IMG/VR virus record: IMGVR_UViG_3300017698_000118
Span: 53,365 to 73,364 of that record
Length of the DNA stretch: 20,000 nucleotides
Source of the DNA: an uncultured virus (IMG/VR IMGVR_UViG_3300017698_000118)
Taxonomy: Duplodnaviria; Heunggongvirae; Uroviricota; Caudoviricetes
Direction: 5' to 3' (one strand)
Shown: piece by piece, positions 1 to 9,949 of the stretch
How positions within the stretch are numbered: position 1 is the first letter of the stretch
Layout of the letters: each line of letters begins with the position of its first letter
Made by a program: the position numbers and the translations under genes
Notes under the pieces: generated by a model
Told to the model about the DNA's origin: nothing
Seen by the model: the letters and a program-made list of their open reading frames with translations, nothing else
Database searches by the model: none

Positions 1-410
1 ATTACGCGAATATGGAAGAAGAACTGGGTGACACCGAGTTCTATTTTGAAGGTAATAGCCAAGGTATTGGACGTGTCTTCGTTTCTCGTGCTATCGCTAT
101 TGACAACAATAGCTGGGATTCTGTAGGTACTACTCTGCAAAATGCAGTTATTGCAGCTGGGGAAGTACTCGACAGAACCAAAAAACTCATCATCTATAAC
201 GATGAAAATCGTATGGAAGGTATTATTGAATGGATGGGTATTCTGCGTGAAAGACTTGATACGCTTTATGCGCTTACCGGTATCTCACGAGTAAAGGCAC
301 TAAAGCACAACCAGAATAAACTGGTTAAAGGTAAAAATGCTCGTTACGCAGGTGGTAATTACAGTGATGAAGCTGCCCAGAAACGGGCGGATAAGCCTGA
401 AGGCGAATAA
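1..410 (+). CDS. MazG-like NTP pyrophosphohydrolase (N4 gp35-like), 5'-partial
   Basis: Frame is open from the window edge (TAC GCG AAT ATG). Contains EEELGDTEFYFEG (MazG EExxD motif), GEVLDRTKKLIIY, and a C-terminal RYAGGNYSDEAAQKRADK typical of phage MazG-like proteins. Lies just upstream of the helicase as in N4-like phages. Confidence 0.75.
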   Translation, partial: YANMEEELGDTEFYFEGNSQGIGRVFVSRAIAIDNNSWDSVGTTLQNAVIAAGEVLDRTKKLIIYNDENRMEGIIEWMGILRERLDTLYALTGISRVKALKHNQNKLVKGKNARYAGGNYSDEAAQKRADKPEGE

Positions 411-427
411 CTAAAACTTCCCCCTTT

Positions 428-454
428 GCCCCTCTTAATTGAGGGGCTTTTTTT
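428..454 (+). terminator. Rho-independent terminator
   Basis: Perfect 7-bp stem GCCCCTC-TTAATT-GAGGGGC followed by T7, 17 nt after the stop at 410. Confidence 0.92.
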
Positions 455-472
455 ATTAAAGTAGGATTCAAA

Positions 473-1795
473 ATGTCTGCACAAAGCACAGAAATCACCC
501 TAACAGAAAATCAAGAAGATGGACTTGCTGCAATGCTTTCATTTCTTGTGGACACTGAAAAGCAAATTCTTGTCTTAAAAGGGGACTCTGGTGCAGGTAA
601 GACCACTCTGATTAATGAATTCATCATTAGACTGCCTGAATATATCAAATACATGCGATCAGCAGTGCCAGAGCTTACAGTGCCTCATTTGCATTTAACT
701 GCAACTACCCATAAGGCTGCTCAAGTAATACAGGACAAAACAGGAGTAGAAGCCAACACTATTCATTCTTTGTTAAGTCTACGTATCCAACAGAATTATC
801 GTACAGGTGTGGAAGAATTAGCCCCTTACGAAGATGCTACTACTGTATCTAACGATTTGCGGGGATCATTGATCATCATTGATGAAGCATCGATGATCAG
901 CAGAGTGCTACTCTCTTGGATATTAAAATGTCTGAATAAAGACATCAAAATAATTATGGTAGGCGATCCGAACCAAGTTGTCTCCGTAGGGGACTCCACT
1001 TCAAAAGCGTTCAATTCCTCTTTCCCTACCTTTCATCTGACAGGCACCCAGCGTCAAAAGAAAGGAAACTCTATTTTACAGTTTGCTGATCAAATCAGAG
1101 ATACTGTTCTTACGGGGGTATTCAACCCAATACAGTATGATTGTAAAAATTTAATACATCTCAGTGGACAGGATTTTCAAGAGGAAATTAATTCTAAATT
1201 TAAAGATAAAGATTTCTCCAAAAACAATAAAATCATTGCTTGGAGAAACGCACGTATTAACGCATACAATAAATATGTGAGAAGTCTTTACACTTCAGAA
1301 AATATCCCCCAACCGGGAGAAACATATATCAGTAATTCTGCTGTAGTGGCTAGTAATAACTTAATCACCCTACAGAACAATGCAGAAATTGTTATCAAAG
1401 AAGCAACCAAGGATTATTTTGGAGAAGATAATTTCCCAGTATATCGTGTCAAAACCACTAATCCCAAAGCTCCTGACTTCTTCATGCCACGCAATTCAGA
1501 TGCGTATCATGCTTTTTTGAAAAGTCTAGCAAAAGAAGCCAAAGCAGATAGAAGATGGTTCCGATATTTCGAGTACAAAAATCAAATAGCAGACCTACGC
1601 CCCGGTGCAGCAGTAACTGTACACAAATCACAAGGCAGCACTTTTGATGAAGTGTTTATTGATTTAGGTGATATCGGTAAATGTAATAATCCAGACACCG
1701 TTGCCCGTATGCTGTACGTAGCTGTTACCCGGGCTAGATCAAAAGTGTACTTCACTGGTGAACTCCCCCCCAAATATAGAGGAGAGAGTCAATGA
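473..1795 (+). CDS. SF1B Dda/RecD-like DNA helicase (N4 gp37-like)
   Basis: Walker A GDSGAGKT, ATTHKAA, Walker B IIIDEASM, VGDPNQ, TVHKSQGSTF, YVAVTRAR. AGGA RBS upstream. Confidence 0.93.
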   Translation: MSAQSTEITLTENQEDGLAAMLSFLVDTEKQILVLKGDSGAGKTTLINEFIIRLPEYIKYMRSAVPELTVPHLHLTATTHKAAQVIQDKTGVEANTIHSLLSLRIQQNYRTGVEELAPYEDATTVSNDLRGSLIIIDEASMISRVLLSWILKCLNKDIKIIMVGDPNQVVSVGDSTSKAFNSSFPTFHLTGTQRQKKGNSILQFADQIRDTVLTGVFNPIQYDCKNLIHLSGQDFQEEINSKFKDKDFSKNNKIIAWRNARINAYNKYVRSLYTSENIPQPGETYISNSAVVASNNLITLQNNAEIVIKEATKDYFGEDNFPVYRVKTTNPKAPDFFMPRNSDAYHAFLKSLAKEAKADRRWFRYFEYKNQIADLRPGAAVTVHKSQGSTFDEVFIDLGDIGKCNNPDTVARMLYVAVTRARSKVYFTGELPPKYRGESQ

Positions 1796-2385
1796 TGTCA
1801 GGATACTATAGCAAAGAGCTAACTCTTCCTCCTTTTCAGCTCTGGGCAGCTAATACACTTTGTCAATTTATTTACAATTTAAATGATTTTTCTGATGATC
1901 TTCGTAATCTACTGATAGATATATCCTTAGAAACACCAGGAGTAACTCATGGTATTGATCTAGGAAATGCAGTGTACTCAATAAGTATGTCACCTGTGCC
2001 TCACATAAATATAAGAGATAAACAATTTCTTAGTTATAGGCACCTAACATGGTTTGAGAAAATACTAAAAGAACACGAAAATACTATTAAGCCCTTCCTG
2101 TTAACACGTAAATTAGCAGAAAGAGCCTTAGCTAAAGTTATGACTAATTTTGAACCTAAATTTAGTATCTATGCTATACCTTCAGATTATAGAAAAGCTT
2201 TAATAAATAATTACCCAAAACTTAAAAATGGAACTTATTTATCAGATGTATCTAAAAACTTCGCTTTTCTATTATCAGAACAAGAAGAAAATATACATAA
2301 AGAAATTTTAAAAGATATACAGAAAATTGTTCAACCTTTGCATGATAGAATTGCGGCAGAAGTTTTTTTGAATAAGGTGATTTGA
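1792..2385 (+). CDS. Hypothetical protein (N4 gp38 position), AT-rich
   Basis: 197-aa ORF coupled to the helicase stop by ATGA overlap and abutting the polymerase start. No recognisable motif. Confidence 0.75.
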   Translation: MMSGYYSKELTLPPFQLWAANTLCQFIYNLNDFSDDLRNLLIDISLETPGVTHGIDLGNAVYSISMSPVPHINIRDKQFLSYRHLTWFEKILKEHENTIKPFLLTRKLAERALAKVMTNFEPKFSIYAIPSDYRKALINNYPKLKNGTYLSDVSKNFAFLLSEQEENIHKEILKDIQKIVQPLHDRIAAEVFLNKVI

Positions 2386-2387
2386 TC

Positions 2388-5090
2388 ATGGCTTACATTG
2401 ATTATGGTACAGAAGAAAAGTATCGTGCAGCTATTTTAGTAAAAGACTCTATCCTTTCTAAAGAGCAAGTATATAACTATTATATTGAAGATCTTGTTGA
2501 ATTAGGTATGACCAAAGAAGATATCATTGTCGTTGGTTTGCCTTATGATACACAAGATAAAGTATCCAACAAAAGCATCAAAGAAAATATCGACAAACTT
2601 TTCACCAATCTTCGTAAGAAAGGGGTTAAGTATGTCATGGTTGCGGACAGTAAGTATTTTGTTCCTGTCGCTGGATTAAAAAAAGTATCCAACTCTCACG
2701 GCTACCGTTTTAATTGCGCTCTCCCGGGGCATGAAGATTTCGTTGTAACCCTTGGGGTTAACTACGGTAGTGTCCTGTACAACCCGAGTATGATCAATAA
2801 ATTAAAACTATGTAACAAAGCTTTTGCAGATATCTATTTAGGTATCTATAAAGAACCGGGAAAAACTGCTGTAGAAAAATCAGTAATTTTAGAAAGCGTA
2901 GGGGATATACACGAATACTTATACTCTCTGCACAAACAGTCAGCCATCACATGTGACATTGAAGCCTTTAACTTAAAATTCTGGAAATCAGGTATTGGTA
3001 CAATTGCTTTCGCTACCTCACCAACCGAAGGTGCGGGTTTCCGAGTAGACTACGAAAAAATTAATTTGGAACATTTACCCGGTATATATGGAAAAAATAA
3101 TCCTAACAGCGAACATGCAAAATCAGTAAGAGCCCTGCTTGTTGATTTCTTTATGTCTTATCGAGGTAAGGTTTTCTATCACGGTATTAGCTTTGACGCA
3201 AAAGTATTGGCATTCCAACTATTCCTATCCAACTATCGGGAAGATTTTATACCTGCAATCGAAAGGGAAAAAGCCGTAGCTATTATGCTACGTAAAGCTC
3301 ACTGCACAAAAGTATTAGCCTATTTATGTACAAATAACTGTGCAGAGAATAGCTTAAAACTTAAAGACCAAGCACAAGAAGTTTATGGTAACTGGGCTCA
3401 GGATGAAATTAACGATATTCGTAAAATACCTTTAGATGAACTTCTTGAATACAACATAGTAGACGCCTGTGCTACCTACTATCTCAAAACAAAGTACTGG
3501 GATAAGTTAGAAGAAGAAAGTCAGAAAGATGTGTATGAAGAACTTTACGTACCTTTTTATGATGTAGGTATTAACACTGAATTAAATGGTATGCCTCTGT
3601 CTTACAGTACTGTCACAAAAAATAAGAAAATTCTTGAAGATCGTATCGAAAAGATGGGGGAAAAATTAAAAGATTATCAAAACATTAGTACAGTTACTTA
3701 CAGCATAAAACTATTAAAGAAAGTTGCTGATGATAAAAAATTGAAAAAAAAGGAAAGAAGTTTGGATGAACTAAGTCATATACAGTTCAATCCCAACTCC
3801 TCCGCCCACCAAATTTCTCTTGTGTATGATCTTTGGAAAGAGCCTGTATTGGAAAAAACTGATAAAGGGCTACCCTCTACTAAAGGGGCGGTGCTTGAAG
3901 GTATCTTAAAAAAATACTGCTCTGCTCATAATTTAAAACAAGAAAACGAATACAGAGATAACAATAACGAGTCAGTAGAGGAATATACTGAACGAGCACA
4001 AATACTGCACCTACTTATCCAAATCAAACGTGCAGATAAGATTGTTAATACTTTCTTTAGGGCCTTCACTGAAGGCAGAAAAATCAAAGATAAAGACATT
4101 ATATTCCTTCATGGTAATCTGAACTCTACTGGAACCAAATCAGGTAGACTATCCAGCTCAGATCCAAATCTACAGAATATTCCTTCCAATGCCGCTCTTG
4201 CTAAACTAGTAAAGGAAGCATTTATATCCTTCCCCGGATACATCTTTGGAGGAGCAGATTTCAGTTCTCTTGAAGATCGTATTTCAGCTCTGACAACCAA
4301 AGACCCCAACAAACTTAAAGTCTACACTGACGGCTACGATGGCCACTGTCTTCGTGCATTTAATTACTTTGGTCATTTAATGCCAGACATTGATGATGAA
4401 TCTGACATAGATCTGATTAACTCTATCGCTGATAAATATCCTGATCTAAGGCAGGACAGTAAAGCACCTACTTTTCTGCTAACGTACCAAGGTACTTATA
4501 TTGGTATGATGAAAAATTGTGGTTTCACAGAAGAAACTGCTAAGAGTATTGAAGCTAATTACCACGATATGTACAAAGTGTCCGATGAATGGGTTAATGC
4601 AAAACTGAAAGAAGCAGCAAAAGTAGGCTATGTTACTTTAGCTTTTGGTTTAAAACTCAGAACTCCTTTGCTCCAGCGTTACAAGTACAAAGGCAACAAA
4701 GCTATCTTACCTAAAGCTGCCCAGAAAGAGCTCAGAACAGCCGGTAATGCATTAGGGCAGTCATACTGTCTACTTAATAATCGTGCAGCTATCGAGTTCA
4801 CTGAAAGGTTACGTAAGAGCCCTTATCTGGAGAAAGTATTCACTTGCTGCTTTATCCATGACGCCACATACCTCTAATGGAAAGATGAAATAGAGGTCAC
4901 TGAGTGGGTCAATAAGAACCTCACTGAGTGTATGGCATGGCAGGATCTCCCTGAGATTGAGCATCCTGAAGTAAAACTCTCTGGAGAATTGGACCTGTTC
5001 TACCCTAACTGGGGCAATGCAATAACCCTGCCAAATAAGGCCAAAGCCTCAGAAATTATAGCAATCGTTAAGAAGACCTTAATAGAATAA
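2388..5090 (+). CDS. Family A DNA polymerase with 3'-5' exonuclease (N4 gp39-like), interrupted by an in-frame TAA at 4875-4877
   Basis: ExoI TCDIEAF, ExoII YHGISFD, ExoIII YNIVDA, GTKSGRLSSSDPNLQNIP, motif A GADFSSLEDR, motif B RQDSKAPTFLLTYQG, motif C IHDA. After the TAA the same frame reads 70 more codons (WKDEIEVTEWVNKNLTECMAWQDLPEIEHPEVKLSGELDLFYPNW...) resembling the N4-type polymerase C-terminus. ATG 2388 follows AAGGTGA. Confidence 0.93.
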
Positions 5091-5163
5091 ATTGAGTTCT
5101 ATTGTTCGGCACTTCTGCATAAAATCAAAAACTTTCCCATTCCAAACTGACCAAGGGCAAATT

Positions 5164-6198
5164 ATGTCAAAGTATTCTTACGACCCAAGTATCCCCCTAA
5201 GTGTGGCACTCTGGCTTACTGTTGATGAGTATGACCACATTAATGAACCAAACTACATTAGTGCTACCGGTTTATTGCGCCCCACTCGTCAAGCTATTCT
5301 TGCTGGCCGAATAAAGGATTCCCCCTTCGCAGATAAATCTATGGATCTTATGCAACGATTCGCTAGCCGAATTGGTACTGCTATCCATAATAGTCTCGAT
5401 GAAGCATGGGATACCTCATTGGAAAGAGGTTTCAACCTCTTGGGTTATCCTGACCATGTAGCTAAAAACACATATGTGTACAACGAAAAAACCGGATTAC
5501 CTACTGTTGAGCAAATCCAAGAACATCGTGATAAAGGATCGAATATTGTTATTAAAGAAGTCCGCATGTTCCGTGAATTCCGTGGCTACAAAATTGGCGG
5601 TAAAGTCGATTTCGGTGCCAACGGTTCTCCAGAAGATTATAAAACAGTAAAGACGTGGGCTTACGGTGACAAAGGCAAACTGGAAAAAGAGCTGATGCAG
5701 ATCAGTATCTACCGTTGGCTCTATCCAGAGCTGTTTTGGACAGGCACAGGAACCATTATTCAGTTGTTTCTTGACTGGGTAAAAGGCCGCACCTCTCAAG
5801 AAGGTTATCCCCCTTTGCCCATAGCTGCTCATACTATGAAACTCTTCTCGGAAGAAGAAGTAGAAAAATACATAGGGGATAAGCTCACTGCCTTGGAAAA
5901 ATATAAAGACGCCCCTGAGACAGAGATTCCTCGATGTACCGATGCAGATCTTTGGAAAGGGGAAGACAAGTATAAGTACTACGCTGACCCAGCAAAAGCT
6001 CAAGACCCTAAAGCACGTTCTACTAAAAACTTCGATAACATCGTGGATGCTGAAGGTTTCCGCCAATCTAAAGGCAAAGGTGTTATCAAAGTTGTGCAAG
6101 GGGAAGTAAAAGCATGTGCTTATTGTGCAGGCTATGACCTGTGTACCCAGAAAGATGAATATCTGGCTAATGGCACCCTCTCAATCGATATCAATTAA
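5164..6198 (+). CDS. PD-(D/E)XK exonuclease, Cas4/RecB-like (N4 gp42-like)
   Basis: ISATGLLRPTRQ, IGTAIH, IGGKVDF...EDYKT, QISIYRWL. Cys cluster PRC...CAYCAGYDLC is a possible Fe-S site. ATG 5164 after AAGGG is preferred over TTG 5092. Confidence 0.82.
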   Translation: MSKYSYDPSIPLSVALWLTVDEYDHINEPNYISATGLLRPTRQAILAGRIKDSPFADKSMDLMQRFASRIGTAIHNSLDEAWDTSLERGFNLLGYPDHVAKNTYVYNEKTGLPTVEQIQEHRDKGSNIVIKEVRMFREFRGYKIGGKVDFGANGSPEDYKTVKTWAYGDKGKLEKELMQISIYRWLYPELFWTGTGTIIQLFLDWVKGRTSQEGYPPLPIAAHTMKLFSEEEVEKYIGDKLTALEKYKDAPETEIPRCTDADLWKGEDKYKYYADPAKAQDPKARSTKNFDNIVDAEGFRQSKGKGVIKVVQGEVKACAYCAGYDLCTQKDEYLANGTLSIDIN

Positions 6199-6207
6199 GG
6201 CTAAACC

Positions 6208-8385
6208 ATGAAATCAATTGATCAGATGGACTATAACTCCACTGCTGAAAAGTTAGTAAACGTACTCTGCGAGAAAACGGAAAATCAAGATCGTCACTTT
6301 TTCCGCATTCAAGTGGCTTACTTTTTCAGTAAAGTTGCATCAATGATGCGGACTACTATTCAGACACCTGATCGTGGCGACATCCCTGTTAATATGTATG
6401 GTATTAACCTAGCCATTTCAGGTTACGGTAAGGGGATGTCAATGAATATCATGGAAGATTCTGTTATCCCCGGCTTTCGCGGAAGGTTTTTAAAAGAAAC
6501 TTTCCCACACGTCAGTAAAACCAACTTGGCAAAAATTGCTGTTGATCGTGCATCTAAATCTGGGCAAGACCCTGATGAAGTAGAGCTCCCTAGAGTATCC
6601 AATGAGTTTAATAATTTAGGCGAATTGGCTTTCTCTTTTGACTCAGCCACCACAGCAGCTATCAAACAGATGCGTCTAAAGCTCCTCATGTCAGACGCAG
6701 GCTCTATCAATATGGAAATTGATGAGATAGGTAGCAATCTACTCGGTAATTCCGATGTATTGTCTACCTTTCTCGAACTGTTTGATATGGGTAAAGTCAA
6801 ACAGAAACTGACCAAGAATACAGTGGAAAACCAGCGTCTGGCAGATATTGAAGGTAAAACTCCTGCAAACTGCTTACTCTTTGGTACTCCATCTAAGGTA
6901 TTCGATGGAGGCAAAATTGAAGAAGAAATGCGTTCCATGCTTGGTACTGGTTATGCTCGTCGTAGCTTCTTTGGCTGTGCCAATAGTCCTCTTAAAGACA
7001 TGTCCACGACAGTGGAAGAGACTTACGATAAGCTCACCAATACCGGTTCAGCCGATTTTAAGAAAAAACTGCGGGCTCATTTTTATGATCTTGCAGATAT
7101 CAGTAATTTCAATATACACCTCACAGTTAGCAAACCTGTTGCTCTACTGAATATTGAATACAAAAAATTCTGTGAAAAGCGTGCAATTAACCTTCCTGAG
7201 CACGAAGAGATCCTCAAAGCAGAAATGAACCACCGCTACTTCAAAGCAATGAAACTGGCGGGTGTTTACGCTTTCACTGAAGAGTCCTTAGAGGTAACAG
7301 AAGAACATCTCTACAGCGCTATTCGGTTGGCAGAAGATTCAGGCGATGCCTTGAAGCGTATGCTCAAACGAGAACGCCCATATATGCGTATTGCTCGTTA
7401 CCTTTCTGAGTTAGACAGCCCGGTAACTCACGTCGATCTGATCGAAGATTTGCCCTGCTACCGTGGGTCTGCTGCGCATCGGAGAGATTTACTGGATCAA
7501 GCTATTGCTTGGGGTTATACCAATAACATTCTTATCAAAAAGAGTGTCAATGATGGTGTAGATTTTCTTAGTGCAGAAACTATGGAAAGAGTTGATCCAG
7601 AGAAAATGCGAATTTCTTACGGGACGCAATTAGCTCATAACTATAGCAACGACTATGCTAAGTTCAGTTGCTTTGAAAAATTGACACAAACCCCTGGACT
7701 GCATTGGATTAACCATCACCTCTATAACGGTGAAAAAGGTGCAGGTCATCGCTTGAAAGAAAACATTCTGACAGGCTGTGACATGATTGTGCTGGATATA
7801 GACAAGGGAACCACCATTCAAATGGCCCAATCCTTGCTGTCCAATTTTACTTATCACATGCATACCACTAAACGGCACACTCCTGACGCTCATCGTTTCC
7901 GTGTGATTATTCCATTGAGCCATCAAGTGAAATTAAATGATGAAGACTTCAAGCAATTTATGAAGAATATCTTCAATTGGCTTCCTTTTGAGGTAGATGA
8001 ACCCACTTCCCAGCGTGAACGTAAGTGGATGACCCATAAAGGGCAGTACTGGACAAATGAAGGTGAACCTTTGGATGCCCTGCTGTTCATTCCTAAAACC
8101 AAGAAAGAAGAAAACACTCGCCGTGAATTAGCAGATCTATCTAACTTGGATAATCTGGAACGGTGGTTTGCCAATAAAACACAGGAAGGGGATCGCTCCA
8201 ATAAGCTGGTACGCTATGCACTTATGCTTGTGGATTCAGGTGCAGATATTGATACCGTACGTATAAAAACTTCTGACCTTAACCAGAAATTGGCTGATCC
8301 TCTTGATCAAGCAGAAGTAAATAACACCATCATGGTGACAGTAGCTCGACGTATTACTGAGCGTGCTCAATCACAAACTCATTAA
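6208..8385 (+). CDS. DNA primase with N-terminal P-loop/helicase-like domain (N4 gp43/Dns-like)
   Basis: Walker A-like AISGYGKG and Walker B-like EIDEIG. C-terminal AEP-type motifs IVLDID, HTTKRH, RFRVIIP and PriCT-like GDRSNKL. 725 aa, N4 synteny. Confidence 0.85.
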   Translation: MKSIDQMDYNSTAEKLVNVLCEKTENQDRHFFRIQVAYFFSKVASMMRTTIQTPDRGDIPVNMYGINLAISGYGKGMSMNIMEDSVIPGFRGRFLKETFPHVSKTNLAKIAVDRASKSGQDPDEVELPRVSNEFNNLGELAFSFDSATTAAIKQMRLKLLMSDAGSINMEIDEIGSNLLGNSDVLSTFLELFDMGKVKQKLTKNTVENQRLADIEGKTPANCLLFGTPSKVFDGGKIEEEMRSMLGTGYARRSFFGCANSPLKDMSTTVEETYDKLTNTGSADFKKKLRAHFYDLADISNFNIHLTVSKPVALLNIEYKKFCEKRAINLPEHEEILKAEMNHRYFKAMKLAGVYAFTEESLEVTEEHLYSAIRLAEDSGDALKRMLKRERPYMRIARYLSELDSPVTHVDLIEDLPCYRGSAAHRRDLLDQAIAWGYTNNILIKKSVNDGVDFLSAETMERVDPEKMRISYGTQLAHNYSNDYAKFSCFEKLTQTPGLHWINHHLYNGEKGAGHRLKENILTGCDMIVLDIDKGTTIQMAQSLLSNFTYHMHTTKRHTPDAHRFRVIIPLSHQVKLNDEDFKQFMKNIFNWLPFEVDEPTSQRERKWMTHKGQYWTNEGEPLDALLFIPKTKKEENTRRELADLSNLDNLERWFANKTQEGDRSNKLVRYALMLVDSGADIDTVRIKTSDLNQKLADPLDQAEVNNTIMVTVARRITERAQSQTH

Positions 8386-8417
8386 TTGTTTTTTTTACTA
8401 TCAAAACAGGATTAATC

Positions 8418-9191
8418 ATGTCAGATGATGAAAATAATACTGTAGAAGTGGAACAGTCTAATGACAATCTAGTATTGATTACTGGAGTGTCGGGTACTGG
8501 TAAATCAGCTTCTCTCCATAAACTGGAAAACCCTGAAGATGTTCTTTATTTGAACTGCGAATCAGGTAAACGGTTGCCCTTCTCAGCTAAATTCCGAAAA
8601 GGAGCCAATGGTCGAGTAGGTGTAACCATTACTGATCCTTACCAAGTTTACGGTGTTTTCGATGCTGCAGATTCCATGGGTGCAAAGACTATCATTATTG
8701 ACAGTCTGACCTATCTCATGGATATGTTTGAGTCCAATTACGTTTTGAACTCAGAAGATTCTCGAAAGGCTTGGAACGACTACCAACAATTCTTCAAGAA
8801 GCTGATGCAGGATAAGGTAGCGAAGTCCAAACAAGCAGTGATCTTCACTGGTCACACTTTGGCCTTCTATAACGAAGAACAACGCATTATTGAAAACAAA
8901 ATGCCAGTAAAAGGAGCACTGAAAAACCAAGGACTGGAATCCTATTTTTCTTTTTTTTTATCCACTAAGAAAGTTAAAATTGCGGATTTGGAAGATTATA
9001 AGAATGATCTTCTGAATATCACCGAAGATGACAAGTTGGTTGGATACAAGCATGTATTCCAGACCCGCATCACAGGTGATACCGTCAATGAACGTATCCG
9101 TTCCCCTATGGGTATGTTCACCGTCAAAGAGACTTTCATCGATAACGATGTACAGGCTCTACTCAATCGTATCAAAACTTACTACAACTAA
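8418..9191 (+). CDS. Sak4-like AAA ATPase / ssDNA annealing protein (N4 gp44-like)
   Basis: Walker A GVSGTGKS, YLNCE, Walker B IIIDSLT, IFTGH, ERIRSPMGMF. AGGA RBS. Lies immediately upstream of SSB. Confidence 0.87.
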   Translation: MSDDENNTVEVEQSNDNLVLITGVSGTGKSASLHKLENPEDVLYLNCESGKRLPFSAKFRKGANGRVGVTITDPYQVYGVFDAADSMGAKTIIIDSLTYLMDMFESNYVLNSEDSRKAWNDYQQFFKKLMQDKVAKSKQAVIFTGHTLAFYNEEQRIIENKMPVKGALKNQGLESYFSFFLSTKKVKIADLEDYKNDLLNITEDDKLVGYKHVFQTRITGDTVNERIRSPMGMFTVKETFIDNDVQALLNRIKTYYN

Positions 9192-9211
9192 ACCAGTAAC
9201 GGAGTAATACC

Positions 9212-9949
9212 ATGGATTTGAGCCAATTTAGCCAAGACTCTCAAGCAGAAGGCGAAAAGGATATTATCGGTGGCGGTGGTTTCCTTCAGGATTCTGATGC
9301 CAAAGAGTGGACCATCAAATTTGCTTATCTCGATAAGTCTGCTGGTGGTGCCGCTAACCTGAATCTGCGAATGGTGGATAGCGAAGGTAAAGAATACCGT
9401 GAAACCATCTACTTCACTAACAAGAAAGGTGAAACTTTCTACGAGCGTGAAGGCAAGCGTCATAACCTGCCGGGCTTTAACCAAGTACAGGCAATCTGCC
9501 TGCTGGCTGGTAAAAAAGAACTGAAGGACATGACCACTGAAACCCAAGCAATTCCTGTCTATGACTTCGATGCTAAAACCGAAGTCATTAAAGAAATGGC
9601 TTGCGTAAAAGAGCTGGATGGCGCTAAAGCAATCTTTGCTATTCTTCGTTTCATCGAAGACAAGAAAAAGAAAAACGAGTCCACTGGCACTTACGAAGCC
9701 ACTGGGGAAACCCGTGAAGCCAACCGTATTGACAAAGTTTTCCAGAGTGGTACTAAGCGTACAGTTGCGGAAGTTATTGCCAAAAAAGAAACAGGCGAAT
9801 TCTTGGATAAATGGTTGGAAAAACATCAAAACCAAGTTATCGACCTGTCCAAAGGTAAGTCTGGTGCTAAAAGCGGGAATTCGGGTGATGCACCTAAATC
9901 CAATGAAGGCGGAGGCTCAGCCAAGAGCGGCGAGTCTCTCTTCAGCTAA
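9212..9949 (+). CDS. ssb: Single-stranded DNA-binding protein (N4 gp45-like)
   Basis: 245 aa with EKDIIGGGG, AYLDKSAGGA, YRETIYFT, LPGF, ETREANRIDKVF, and a Gly/Ser/Lys-rich tail ending SLFS. GGAG RBS. Located between the ATPase and the resolvase. Confidence 0.88.
   Translation: MDLSQFSQDSQAEGEKDIIGGGGFLQDSDAKEWTIKFAYLDKSAGGAANLNLRMVDSEGKEYRETIYFTNKKGETFYEREGKRHNLPGFNQVQAICLLAGKKELKDMTTETQAIPVYDFDAKTEVIKEMACVKELDGAKAIFAILRFIEDKKKKNESTGTYEATGETREANRIDKVFQSGTKRTVAEVIAKKETGEFLDKWLEKHQNQVIDLSKGKSGAKSGNSGDAPKSNEGGGSAKSGESLFS

Noticed and set aside
3900..4000. Polar insertion in the polymerase (SAHNLKQENEYRDNNNESVEEY) as an intein or intron
   Set aside because: It is too short and lacks intein terminal motifs (no His-Asn followed by Cys/Ser/Thr). 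Likely a thumb-region loop.
4878..5163. Apparent intergenic gap as ncRNA, intron or origin
   Set aside because: 4878-5090 is the in-frame polymerase C-terminus. The remaining approximately 70 nt shows no structure I can support.
5164..6198. Cas4-like nuclease as a sign of CRISPR-Cas
   Set aside because: There is no repeat-spacer array or other cas gene. This nuclease is a core N4-like replication gene.
8386..8417. TGTTTT...AAAACA in the primase-ATPase spacer as a terminator or promoter
   Set aside because: The stem is weak and AT-rich, there is no downstream U tract, and I found no matching motif in other spacers.
8944..8960. T-rich tract (T9 at 8951-8959) in the ATPase as a phase-variation site or terminator
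   Set aside because: The frame is intact and there is no upstream stem. FSFFLST looks atypical and could be G-to-T miscalls of something like FSCVVST, which cannot be tested without reads.
5497..9835. Long antisense ORFs (5497-6099, 6423-6938, 7630-7926, 7923-8201, 9188-9835)
   Set aside because: They are shadows of conserved + strand genes with biased codon usage. They show no motifs and have Phe/Ser-rich mirror composition.
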